From a bacterium (GTDB lineage Bacteria > UBA8248), in assembly GCA_965221165.1 (NCBI GenBank), contig CBDCRP010000002.1, forward strand, positions 1,248,001 to 1,312,000: a stretch of DNA of 64,000 nt. Reading direction: 5' to 3'. Every line of letters starts with the position of its first letter. Position 1 is the stretch's first letter. Both the position numbers and the translations under genes were made by a program. Below are positions 48,553 through 58,303 of the stretch, one piece after another. Under the pieces are notes generated by a model. It saw only the letters and a list, made by a program, of their open reading frames with translations. It was not told the origin of the DNA and made no database searches.

Positions 48553-49794
48553 ATGCCCAGAACAATACAAGACCCGAGACTGCCTCCGCCATCAGGACCT
48601 TACTGCTACGCGTTCCGGGCGGGGAATTACATCTTTCTTGGCGGGATGCCGGGCATCACGACGGAAGCGTTGATGGTCGATGGCGTCCCGAATGGCCGAA
48701 TGGCCGGAGAAACGCCCGGTCGGGCCGATATGGAAGCCCAGACGCGCCAGGCCATCGAGGCTATGAAACTCGCCGTTGAGATCGCCGGTGGTAGGTGGAG
48801 TGACGTTCTTCGGCTGAATCTGTTCCTAGACGGCTGGAGAGAGATCGGGCCATTTGTCAAAGCGTACGAGAAGTACCGTACCCCCGCCGTACCGGCCGAC
48901 ACGCTCGTCGGCTACGGACTCTATATGCCGTCGATGATCATGGAAATCGAAGGGCTTGCCGGCTCCGGAGAAACCAAACCACTCTTGCCTGTCGGGAAGC
49001 AGGCGCATGAGTATGCGCCCTCCGGCGCCGGCAGGAGGATGGGCGACCTTTTGTGCCTGAGTGCGCGGCTGCCGATCGACGCCAAGGGTGAGGTCGTCTC
49101 GCCGGGGAATTCGAAGGCGCAGACCGAGGCTATTCTCGAGGGTATTGGAGAAGTATTGTCGGAAAACGGCGGATCCCTCGGGGATATCATTCGCCTGCGG
49201 GTATTCGTCCGCGACATGAGAGACGTGGAGGCGGTTGAAGCGGCAATCGACGACGCATTTGCGGATCCGGGGCCGATCACGACGATCGTGACGGCGACTT
49301 TGCCGATTCTCGAAGCCGACGTAATGATAGAGCCGACCGCATACCTTGGTGAGAAGGAGTATCGGACGGGGCCCGGAAACGCCCGAGGCGTTTTGGCCGG
49401 TGAGTTGATGATCTCAAACGGAATCCTCAGCGTGGATGACGAAAGCGGCGTGCGAGATCCCGGTGACATCCAGAAGCAGACGCGAAACGTCCTTGCCAAC
49501 GTGGAACTTCTTCTGAAGGAGTTCGACTTGGAGGTGGCGGACGTAACGCAATCGCAGGTGACGCTGACCGATTTCCGCGACTATGACGCCTACAACGCCC
49601 TTTACAGGAACTTCTTCGCCTTTCCGTTCCCCGCCAGGAATTCGGTCGAAGCCGCATTGGGGAAAATTTCGCATTACGGCTTAAAATACCAGATCGAGGT
49701 TACGGCGATCCGCAATGCCTCGAGAGAGGGGCTGGTCGTGACGGCCGAGGACAGTTTCTACTTCAGGCGCATCGAAATGGAAGGCGGAGCGTAA
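48553..49794 (+). CDS. RidA/YjgF family protein with three tandem domains
   Basis: Three repeats of the D...QT.....I/V...L...G....DV pattern; PPPSGPY at the start; FPAR in domain 3. Confidence 0.85.
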   Translation: MPRTIQDPRLPPPSGPYCYAFRAGNYIFLGGMPGITTEALMVDGVPNGRMAGETPGRADMEAQTRQAIEAMKLAVEIAGGRWSDVLRLNLFLDGWREIGPFVKAYEKYRTPAVPADTLVGYGLYMPSMIMEIEGLAGSGETKPLLPVGKQAHEYAPSGAGRRMGDLLCLSARLPIDAKGEVVSPGNSKAQTEAILEGIGEVLSENGGSLGDIIRLRVFVRDMRDVEAVEAAIDDAFADPGPITTIVTATLPILEADVMIEPTAYLGEKEYRTGPGNARGVLAGELMISNGILSVDDESGVRDPGDIQKQTRNVLANVELLLKEFDLEVADVTQSQVTLTDFRDYDAYNALYRNFFAFPFPARNSVEAALGKISHYGLKYQIEVTAIRNASREGLVVTAEDSFYFRRIEMEGGA

Positions 49795-49939
49795 ACCGCC
49801 GGCAAACTCTACCTGGCGGGAGACCTCTCCCGACCAATACGATTCGGATCAATGCCGTTGGCGATTCGGGCATGGGTGCGAGGTGTATTTCTTCAAGGTT
49901 TATCCGCTCGCCCGCCACCGACACGCGGCATCTGGAGAT

Positions 49940-50060
49940 GAACACGGAAACGCGCTGCGCTGCGTTCATTGACCTCGATCCCGAGGCCGGGGGTGCTGAA
50001 GGAGCTTGAACCAGACCGCCGGTGACGACTACGGGTTCCGTGCAGACAGCTCGTGTTCAG
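49940..50060 (-). pseudogene. C-terminal remnant of a mandelate racemase/enolase-superfamily gene
   Basis: Minus strand RAVCTEPVVVTGGLVQAPSAP / frameshift in a C run / GLGIEVNERSAARF matches the PGLG(I/V)E.(N/D)E C-terminal signature. Confidence 0.5.
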
Positions 50061-50679
50061 AACGCCTTCGGGGTCATCCAGCGTCATTCGCGCACTATTC
50101 CCGTAGCCCGAATCTTCCGGCAATGCGATGCCGGGAAATGGAACACCGGCCTTACGGTGTTCACGAGGCAAACCGTGATATCGACGGTCTCGAAACGGAT
50201 GTCTACGATGTCGTTTCGAGAGACGGGAGTCCGGCCTCTCAGGACCGTCTTTCGCTTTCGTGAAGCGGGGTCGTGTCCGTCTGAAGCGAGGAAGCGCTGT
50301 TTGTTCCGATTCGCCGGTCGAGCCAACGAACCGCGCAGTCTGTGGAAATGATGGACATCGTGGTTCTCTTGCGCCGGTCAGGGCGGTTGTTCGAATGGAT
50401 TCAGGGACGCCTCGGAGCGGGGAAAACACGCCATTCGCGCCGAAGAAAAAACAGAACGCGAGCGACTTGCCTCGGCGCGAATTTCGCTGTATCTTCGAAT
50501 CTTCTCATCCGAAACGGAAATACACGCGCGAGATCATTCCCCGAGCCGTCGAGGGTGGCGTTTGAGCGCCGGAACGGGGATGGCCTTTCGGTCCAAGTCG
50601 GCCCGCTCTTTTGAGCGGCCGAAGTCAGCCGCGCTGTCCGATCTGAATACCGCGGTTGGTCAAGGAGAAAGGCGATTTC

Positions 50680-51675
50680 ATGCTTTTTCTCACCGAAGAA
50701 GACGTATCCGCCGCCCTGGACGGCCTCGATGTGTACAAGGAAGCCGTCGAGGTAATCGAAGAAATCTTCCGCCATCAAGCGAGGGGTGAGGCGACCCGTT
50801 TCAAGCGAATCACCCTGGAGCATCCCGATCGTCCCGGTCATCTCCGGCACAACATCCGGATATTGCCCGGCATGGTCCCGGGCGTCGGCGCGGCGGGCGT
50901 GCGCGTGTACTCCGGCCACCAGGGCTCGAACCGCTCGGAGATCATCTGCCTGTTCGACTGGGACGACATGGCCATGTCCGCCGTTATCTCGGACTATTAC
51001 CTCCATACCATCCGCACCTCGGCCCCTTACGGCGCCGCCGTGAAGCACCTCGCCAGGCCCGACGCCGGGAAAATCGGCATCATCGGCACCGGCCGACTGG
51101 CGCGCGGCCAGATCCGGGCCGCCTGCGCGGTTCGGGACATCACTCAGGTCAAGGCCTACAGCCGAAGCGCCGAGAACCGGAGAAAGTTCTGCGAGGAGAT
51201 GGAAGCGGCGCTCGGAATCGAGGCGGTGCCCGTCGAAACGGGCAGAGAAGCGGTCGAGGGGGCCGACATCATGATTACGTCAACCTCGGGGAACACCATC
51301 GTCTTCGAGGGAGATTGGCTCGAACCAGGCGTGCTGTTCATGTCCGTAGCACCGGGGGAGATCGACGAAGAGACGGTGCTGCGCTCGACGCGCGTGATTC
51401 TCGCGGCCACGGACCAGGTGTTGTACGACACGCCTCTGCGAAAGCCGTTTCCCGCGTTGTTGGAGAGCGGGAAGTTCAAGGAGGAGGAAGTGGCGGCGGA
51501 GTTCTGCGACGTGGTCGTGGGCAAGAAGCCGGGCCGCGTCCGGGACGACGACATCATTCTCTACGAGTCGCCCGGCATGGGGATTTTCGACGTGGGCGTG
51601 GCGAACTGGGTCTACGGCCTGGCGAAAGAGAAGCGCATCGGCACGGAGCTGCCCTTCGGGGAAGAGCACAAGTGA
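50680..51675 (+). CDS. Ornithine cyclodeaminase / mu-crystallin family protein
   Basis: IRT.A, GIIGTG..A, YSRS.E.R, ADI..T.T, PGR, S.GMGI.D. Confidence 0.9.
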   Translation: MLFLTEEDVSAALDGLDVYKEAVEVIEEIFRHQARGEATRFKRITLEHPDRPGHLRHNIRILPGMVPGVGAAGVRVYSGHQGSNRSEIICLFDWDDMAMSAVISDYYLHTIRTSAPYGAAVKHLARPDAGKIGIIGTGRLARGQIRAACAVRDITQVKAYSRSAENRRKFCEEMEAALGIEAVPVETGREAVEGADIMITSTSGNTIVFEGDWLEPGVLFMSVAPGEIDEETVLRSTRVILAATDQVLYDTPLRKPFPALLESGKFKEEEVAAEFCDVVVGKKPGRVRDDDIILYESPGMGIFDVGVANWVYGLAKEKRIGTELPFGEEHK

Positions 51676-51805
51676 GCCATGAGCGAAAGACGGGTTTGTG
51701 CGGTTCGATGATTGAAGCACGCCCCGTTGAATCACCTGTATCCCGGTGACATCCGGGCGGAACCGGATGGACCGGACGACAGGACAACCGGAAGGGGGAT
51801 CAGCC

Positions 51806-52807
51806 ATGAAACGAAAGATGTACGCAGCGGCGCTCGTCACCACGGCGGCGGCGATGTTTCTGCTGCCGTCCGTGAGCCTGGGCGCGGGGAAATTCCGCAT
51901 CGGACACACCAAGCTCATCATGGGGTCGCCGGCGGTGGTGGCCGACAGGCTGGGTTACTTCGACCGGACGCTGGGCAAGGGCAACTACGTGGTCAAGACC
52001 TTCAAGATGGGCAAACTGATGATGCAGGCGCTGCTCTCCAATTCGCTGGACGTGGGCGGGGCGGCCTCGCGGCCCTTCGTCACCTCGACGGCGAAGTCGG
52101 AGAGGATCACAGGGCTGGGAATCTCGAACTACTACTGCCGTTCCGCGCACTTGATGGTCGGGACGGATTCCAAAATCCGCTCCGTTGCGGATCTGAAGGG
52201 CAAGCGCCTGGGGATCGGCAAAGCCTCGGGAACGAATTTCATCTTCCGGAACTTCATCGCCCCGGCCCACGGGCTGAAGAAGGGCGATTGGACGGTGATC
52301 AACACCCTGGCCACGGATCGGATCGCGGCGCTGCGCTCCGGTAACGTGGCGATGATCATGGTGGCGAATCCCGCCGCCACGATCGCGCAGGAGAAGGGAT
52401 ACGCGCGCACCCTTGAGAATTACTGCAAATACGCCAAGGTCTTCTGGCTCATCTTGACGCGGAAAAAGGCGGTCGAGGAGCAGTCCGACCGGGTCGTCAA
52501 GTTCCTGCGCGGGTGGCTCAGGGCGGTTCGGCTTCAAAAGGAGAATCCGGCGCTCTACGCGCGCACCTATTGGCAACATCTTCAATCGAAGGGATCGAAG
52601 ATCTCCCTCGAACTGGTGCGCAAGAACGTGGACGACCTGGAGTTCCCAGCACCACTGATCGATGAGAACGAGCGGAAGTGGCTGGTCGGCGTGGCGAAGG
52701 TCCTGAAGAAGGAGAAGAAGCTGCCGCGCACGCGCACCTTCCGGGACGGGGACGGCTTCGATTTGGCTCCGCTGAGAAAAGCCCTCAAGGCCGAGGGCAT
52801 GATGTAG
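51806..52807 (+). CDS. NitT/TauT (SsuA-like) ABC substrate-binding protein, orphan
   Basis: Signal peptide; VADRLGYF, I.SVADLKGKRLG...GT, AALRSG.V. Confidence 0.82.
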   Translation: MKRKMYAAALVTTAAAMFLLPSVSLGAGKFRIGHTKLIMGSPAVVADRLGYFDRTLGKGNYVVKTFKMGKLMMQALLSNSLDVGGAASRPFVTSTAKSERITGLGISNYYCRSAHLMVGTDSKIRSVADLKGKRLGIGKASGTNFIFRNFIAPAHGLKKGDWTVINTLATDRIAALRSGNVAMIMVANPAATIAQEKGYARTLENYCKYAKVFWLILTRKKAVEEQSDRVVKFLRGWLRAVRLQKENPALYARTYWQHLQSKGSKISLELVRKNVDDLEFPAPLIDENERKWLVGVAKVLKKEKKLPRTRTFRDGDGFDLAPLRKALKAEGMM

Positions 52808-52894
52808 CCGCCGAGCCTTGCGGGACGGGGCCGGATTCACCTGAGCGCAAGAACGCCCTTCGCCTCGATTCGCCGGTCGGGCCGGCTGCGGTTT

Positions 52895-53641
52895 TCAGCC
52901 GCCGAACGCGCGGGAGGCGAGGTAGGCGCCCAGCGCAAGGAGGGAGAGGAAGAATATTTTCCGGAACAACTGCTCGGAGAGCCTCTTCCGAATTCGCTGC
53001 CCGATGACCATTCCCGCTATCGCCGGCGCGAGGGCCATGGTGGAAAGGGCGCCGTGCTCGAGCCGCAGCAGGTCGTTGGCCTGAAGCGCGAACCCCAGCG
53101 CCAGCGTGGATACCGTGAAAAGCATTCCCATCGCCTGAATCAGCGCGTCTCTCGAGAGACCGAGCGCCTGAAGGAACATCACCCCCGGCACGGCGAAGGA
53201 TCCCGTCATGCCCGTCAGTACTCCGTTCACGAGTCCGACCAACGGGCCCACCCACCTTTCATGGCGCGATTCGACCCGGAATCGCAGTCCGAGCAGATTC
53301 GCGGCGGCGTAGGCCACGAGCAGCAACCCGAGAAGCGCGGTGAGCAGTGAGAAATCGACGCGCGTCAGCGCGGACGCTCCGAGCCGCACGGTGATAGCCG
53401 CTACCAGCAGAAACAGCCAGATCCGGCGCAAAAGGCCCCAGCCGTGGCCGCCGACCATCGCCTGCCAGACGTTGGTCACGAACGACGGCGCGAGGAGCAG
53501 GGCCATCGCATTCGGCAGATTGATCACCACCGCTAATACGGCGAGACTGACCGTCGGGAGGCCGAGGCCGATGACCCCTTTGACCGCGCCCGCTAACAGG
53601 AAAGTTCCGGCGATTGCGAGGATGGTGGCGGCGTCAAACAT
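52895..53641 (-). CDS. TauE/SafE family exporter
   Basis: AG.VKG..GLG.P, P...TN.WQ, G...G.TG; multi-TM. Confidence 0.88.
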   Translation of the reverse strand: MFDAATILAIAGTFLLAGAVKGVIGLGLPTVSLAVLAVVINLPNAMALLLAPSFVTNVWQAMVGGHGWGLLRRIWLFLLVAAITVRLGASALTRVDFSLLTALLGLLLVAYAAANLLGLRFRVESRHERWVGPLVGLVNGVLTGMTGSFAVPGVMFLQALGLSRDALIQAMGMLFTVSTLALGFALQANDLLRLEHGALSTMALAPAIAGMVIGQRIRKRLSEQLFRKIFFLSLLALGAYLASRAFGG

Positions 53642-54176
53642 TGCGTTGCTCCGTCGGCGGCCTTCGTCGATGCGCCCGCGACGATCCGCTCTCCCCATCG
53701 GGTGATGGTTCCACCGCTTCAGTATTACACAGGCGACGCCTCGGCGCAGGGTCTCCCGTAACGCCAGGAGGCGGCGGGTTCACGTGGCCTCAGCCTTCCA
53801 GCCGGCGCACCACTACCGGGCGGCTTTCGGATATGGGTGACGCGAGGTTGCCGTGGTGTTGAAGCAGAAAAATAAGGGGGCGTTGCGCCCGGAAAAAAGA
53901 GAAATGCCTACTGCCCGGGTTTTGGCCCCCAAAGAGTGCCCCGGGGGTGTCTTTCAGCGGCTATGGTGGTCTTCCCCGCGAGAAGCATCGCCTGAAAAAG
54001 GGCAAATTGTGCGAACTTTACCAAGCGGGGTTTTTGCCGCATAATTCCAGAGATTGTAAATCTGTTTAGAATATAAGGCGCTAGGGGTTTTCGGTCGGAA
54101 AGATGTTTCTTGCCTCGATGGGTGGAACGTGAATTCCCTATGAGGATTTCCGTATTCTATAAGGGAGGGGAACGTC

Positions 54177-55157
54177 ATGCGCAATTTGAGGAGCATGTAT
54201 TTGTCGGTGGCGGCATTTGTCCTTCTTGGGGCCTTGAGCCTCGGGCCGGTAACCCCTGTCGCGGCAGTTGAGCGCATCTCTTTCGCCTCGAGCGGAGTAG
54301 GGGCCGTCTTTCACGTCATGGTAGGAGGCTTGGCCCCATATGTGAGTGAGCGCATAAAGGATCTGGAGGTGACGGCGGAGGCTACGCGGGGCTCGCTGGA
54401 GAATTTGCGCCTGGTCCAAAAACGCGAGTCGGACATGGCTTTCATCGTTGGATTCCTCCTCTACGACGCCATGCACAAGAGGGGGCGCTTCAAGAAAGCG
54501 GACTACAGGAAAGTCCGTGGCGTCACGGCCGTTTACAAGGGTCTCCACCACTGGGTGACCCTCGCGAACAGCGGGATTCGCACCATGCGGGACCTGAAAG
54601 GCAAGACGGTCGCCGTGGGCCCGCCGGGCAGCGGGGTGTCCCGCGCGTCCGAAAGGGCGCTGAAGCTGATGGGGATCCGCCCCGACGTGAAGGTCCGGAA
54701 GATGGGATGGGCGGATGCGGGCAACGCTCTAAAGGACGGGAATATCCATGCGTTCGCCGCCATGTCGGCCATCCCCGTTCCTGTAGTCGTCAACGTCGCC
54801 GCCACCCATCGTATCAACCTGCTGCCCGTGGACAAGGAGCTGATGAAGTCCATCGTGAAAGTGAATCCCACCTATTTTGAGATGAGCATTCCGGGCAAAA
54901 CCTACCAAGGCGTGGCCGAGCCGGTCCCGATGCTCGCCTACGAAGCCTTCTGGGTGGCCCATGAGGAAGTGAAACCGCGGGTGGTATATGAGATGCTCAA
55001 GGTGACCTATAAGCCCAAGACGCGTAAATTCCTCAATAACGTTCACCCGGGCTGGGCTCAGCTCGCTCCCGGGGTGGGGCGTATGAAAAAACTCATCGGC
55101 TTGCGCCTGCACCCGGGCGCCGAGCGATACTGGCGGGAGAAGGGGCTGATTAAATAA
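54177..55157 (+). CDS. TAXI family TRAP substrate-binding protein
   Basis: T.GS.ENL, DLKGK.V.VGPPGSG, ALKDG.I.A, IPG.TY.G, LHPGA.RY..E.G. Confidence 0.92.
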   Translation: MRNLRSMYLSVAAFVLLGALSLGPVTPVAAVERISFASSGVGAVFHVMVGGLAPYVSERIKDLEVTAEATRGSLENLRLVQKRESDMAFIVGFLLYDAMHKRGRFKKADYRKVRGVTAVYKGLHHWVTLANSGIRTMRDLKGKTVAVGPPGSGVSRASERALKLMGIRPDVKVRKMGWADAGNALKDGNIHAFAAMSAIPVPVVVNVAATHRINLLPVDKELMKSIVKVNPTYFEMSIPGKTYQGVAEPVPMLAYEAFWVAHEEVKPRVVYEMLKVTYKPKTRKFLNNVHPGWAQLAPGVGRMKKLIGLRLHPGAERYWREKGLIK

Positions 55158-55216
55158 GTCTTCCATGTCGTGAAAGCCGCGGCAGCCTACGGGGGGATCG
55201 GCCCATAGAAGAAAGC

Positions 55217-57097
55217 ATGAATACCGGAAGACGGGTCTATACGGCCCGTCTCCGGGAGGGGGTGGCGGCCCTCTTTTCCCTCCTCTACATCTACCAGGCG
55301 GGATTCGGCACTTTCGACCCCGAGGTGCATCGGGGCCTGTACATCCTCTTTACCCTGCTGCTCGTCTTCCTCTTTTACCCTTTGCCACGGGGTTCCCGCC
55401 GGCGGCTCGGACTCCTGGCGGACAGCCTATGCGTGATCCTCGCCATGGCCTCCATCGGGTATTTCATTGCCGAGTACCCCCGCCTCGCCGAGGACGCCGG
55501 CCTCGACCTCGGGCCGTGGGACAAGGCAATGGGCTTGGTGGCTATTGCCATGGCGCTGGAAGCGTGCCGGAGGACTCTGGGATGGATCCTTCCGGCCCTG
55601 GCGGTCTTCTTTTTCCTCTATCTCTTCTGGGGCCCTTACTTCCCGGCCGCCATCGCTCACCGGGGGTACAGCCTGGACCGCGTAATCGGGCTCATGTACG
55701 CCAGCACCGAGGGCATATTCGGGGTGGTCACCTATGCCTTCGCCACCTATGTCTTCCCCTTCATGATCTTCGGCGCCTTCTTGCGAGAGACTGGGGCCGT
55801 GGACTTCTTTTTAGACCTCTCCAAGGCCACCGTGGGCACACTCCGGGGAGGGCCAGCGAAGGCCGCCGTGATTTCCAGCTTCATCTTGGGATCCTTGATG
55901 GGAAGCTCAACGGCCAACACGGCCATCACGGGTACGGTTACCATTCCCCTGATGAAGCGGTCCGGTTTTCGCCCTCACGCGGCCGGGGGCATCGAGGCGG
56001 CGGCCTCCATCGGCGGCCAGTTCATGCCGCCGGTGATGGGCGCCGGGGCGTTTCTCATGGTGGGCCTCACGGGCACCCCTTATCTGGAGGTCATCAAGAT
56101 CTCCGCCATCCCGGCCGTCTTGTTCTTCTTCAGCGTATTTGTCTTGGTTCACTTCGAGGCCTGCAAGGAAGGTCTGGAACCCCTCTCCCGCCGAGAGATG
56201 CCCGCCCTGGGGGCAACGCTACGCAACGGCTGGCTCTTCTTGACACCTATCGGTGTCCTCATCTTTTCCTTGGTGCGAGGCGCCTCACCGTCCCGGGCGG
56301 CGTTCTATACTCTTGTGACCATGGCCCTTCCGGCCTTGGCATACGGGCGGAATCGGGCCCCGCGCCTGTTCTTTAACGCTCTGACGCGGGGGAGCCAGGA
56401 CAGCCTTTTCATCGGCGCGACCGCGGCGGTGGTAGGGATCATCGTGGCGGCCATCGTGCTTCCCGGCATGGGTCTCAAGTTCTCTTACCTCGTAATGCAG
56501 CTCTCACATGGTTTTCTCCCGCTCGCCATCGTGCTGATCGCCGCCGCCTCCTACTTCCTCGGCATGGGCTTGACGGTGGTGTCTTCCTATCTGGTGCTGG
56601 TCACCCTTGCGGGGCCGGCGCTGATTGACTTGGAGGTGCCGCTGTTAACTGCTCACCTTCTGGTTTTTTGGTACAGCCAAAACGCCACCATCACTCCTCC
56701 CGTGTGCCCTTCCTCCTACGTGGCGGCGGCCTTGGCGGAAGCCGATTTGTGGAAAACAGCCTTATATTCCCTCAAGATGGGTTTGGGTCTCTACTATATC
56801 CCCATACTCTTCGTTTACACGCCCCTTCTGTTCTCCGATTCGCTTCTTCGGACCGTTTGGACGGCTGGAGCAATCACACTGGGGATCGTCGCCCTCTCGG
56901 CTACCCTCCAGGGTTTTCTCGTGCGGCGGCTTAAAATCGGAGCGCGTGTGACTCTCGGGGTGGCGGCGCTGGCCCTCTCTTGGCCGGCGCCTTGGCTGAA
57001 CGTTCTGGGCGGGGGGGTGTTGGCGGCGATGGCCTTTCGGCAGCGTCTCCAAACGCGTGCCATAGTTGTTCGCTCTGATTCAAGCCGGTTCGGCTAG
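55217..57097 (+). CDS. TAXI-type TRAP fused 4TM/12TM permease
   Basis: LEA.RR..G, EGIFG, GGPAK.AV, TG..TIPLMK, EA.AS.GGQ.MPPVMGA, ITPPV. Confidence 0.92.
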   Translation: MNTGRRVYTARLREGVAALFSLLYIYQAGFGTFDPEVHRGLYILFTLLLVFLFYPLPRGSRRRLGLLADSLCVILAMASIGYFIAEYPRLAEDAGLDLGPWDKAMGLVAIAMALEACRRTLGWILPALAVFFFLYLFWGPYFPAAIAHRGYSLDRVIGLMYASTEGIFGVVTYAFATYVFPFMIFGAFLRETGAVDFFLDLSKATVGTLRGGPAKAAVISSFILGSLMGSSTANTAITGTVTIPLMKRSGFRPHAAGGIEAAASIGGQFMPPVMGAGAFLMVGLTGTPYLEVIKISAIPAVLFFFSVFVLVHFEACKEGLEPLSRREMPALGATLRNGWLFLTPIGVLIFSLVRGASPSRAAFYTLVTMALPALAYGRNRAPRLFFNALTRGSQDSLFIGATAAVVGIIVAAIVLPGMGLKFSYLVMQLSHGFLPLAIVLIAAASYFLGMGLTVVSSYLVLVTLAGPALIDLEVPLLTAHLLVFWYSQNATITPPVCPSSYVAAALAEADLWKTALYSLKMGLGLYYIPILFVYTPLLFSDSLLRTVWTAGAITLGIVALSATLQGFLVRRLKIGARVTLGVAALALSWPAPWLNVLGGGVLAAMAFRQRLQTRAIVVRSDSSRFG

Positions 57098-58140
57098 CCC
57101 GTCTCAGGCGCGCTGCTCTGCCGCGCGGGGCGCTGGAAATGGGGGAGGACTTCTTCCCCGAGCAGCCGAATCGAGTTGAGTATCTTACCGTGATCCAAAC
57201 CGGGAAACTGAATGCGGAAGTGCATTGAGGTCGTTCCGAGTTCCTCCTGATATCGCCTGATCTGGCGAATGCAATCAGACGGCGAGCCCAGAATGAAGCG
57301 CTGACGAAGATTTTCCATAGCATCGGCGCCCCGCTTCACCGGCCTCCCCTCGTCGTCCACCAAATGCCCCCAATCAAGATACTCCTGGTAGTTATAGAGC
57401 ATGGGTTCTCGCGCCTCCTCCCAGGCTCGCCCGCTCTCTTCGGCCACGTAGGCTTCGCGTCTCAGGGGGAACTCCACCTGGGATGCGTCCTTTCCCGTCT
57501 CGGCCAGGGCATCGAGATAGACTTGTTTTCTCTCCTTGAGCACCTTGAGCGGAGTGACCGGATCGGCGAACCATGCGTTTCCCATGCGTGCGGCGCGACG
57601 GATAGCGGCGGGCAGCTTGGCCGCCACCCAGATGGGAGGGCATGGCTTCTGCACCGGGCGAGGCATGAGGGTGACATCCTCCATGGGAAAGTAAGGGCCC
57701 GGGTGTGTCACGCTACGCTCCGTCATTAACCGGCGAACCAGTCCGAGAGCCTCCTCGAAACGGGTGGCCCGTTCCTCGAAAGGAACATTAAAAGCCGCGA
57801 ATTCCTCCCGCCTGTAGCCGAGCCCCACCCCCAGCACGAAGCGGCCCCGGGACATGATGTCCAGGACCGTGGCGTCCTCGGCCACTGCCAGCGGGTGATA
57901 GAAGGGAAGGAGGAGGACGCAGGTGCCGATGCGCATCTTCTCCGTCCGGGTAGCGATGCCGGCGCAGGTCACCATGTTGGAGGGGAAATAGCCGTTATCC
58001 TCCACCATGTGATGTTCGCTCGTCGTCACCATGTCGAAGCCGTACTTCTCCGCCAGGGCGATCTGCTCCAGGGAATTGTGATAGGCATCCACCCAGTTTC
58101 CGGTGCGGGACTGATAGCTGTAGTGCAAGGCGAACTTCAT
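57094..58140 (-). CDS. LLM class (luciferase-like) flavin-dependent oxidoreductase
   Basis: AE..GFD....EHH, HPL.VAED...LD..S.GR..LG.G.GYR.EE, PRP.Q.P.PP.W. Confidence 0.93.
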   Translation of the reverse strand: MKFALHYSYQSRTGNWVDAYHNSLEQIALAEKYGFDMVTTSEHHMVEDNGYFPSNMVTCAGIATRTEKMRIGTCVLLLPFYHPLAVAEDATVLDIMSRGRFVLGVGLGYRREEFAAFNVPFEERATRFEEALGLVRRLMTERSVTHPGPYFPMEDVTLMPRPVQKPCPPIWVAAKLPAAIRRAARMGNAWFADPVTPLKVLKERKQVYLDALAETGKDASQVEFPLRREAYVAEESGRAWEEAREPMLYNYQEYLDWGHLVDDEGRPVKRGADAMENLRQRFILGSPSDCIRQIRRYQEELGTTSMHFRIQFPGLDHGKILNSIRLLGEEVLPHFQRPARQSSAPETG

Positions 58141-58303
58141 GGCTCCATCCTCCTGAACGTTCCGATTCGCTGGCCACTCACATCGACGCTCCAGTCAAGA
58201 TACATATAAGCCGAAACATCCCGGCCCTTGAAATGATTCGTTTCGGAAATGGAGAAAGGGAATAGCCCGAGCCGTGTTTTTCAGAGAACTCTTCAACATG
58301 AAT

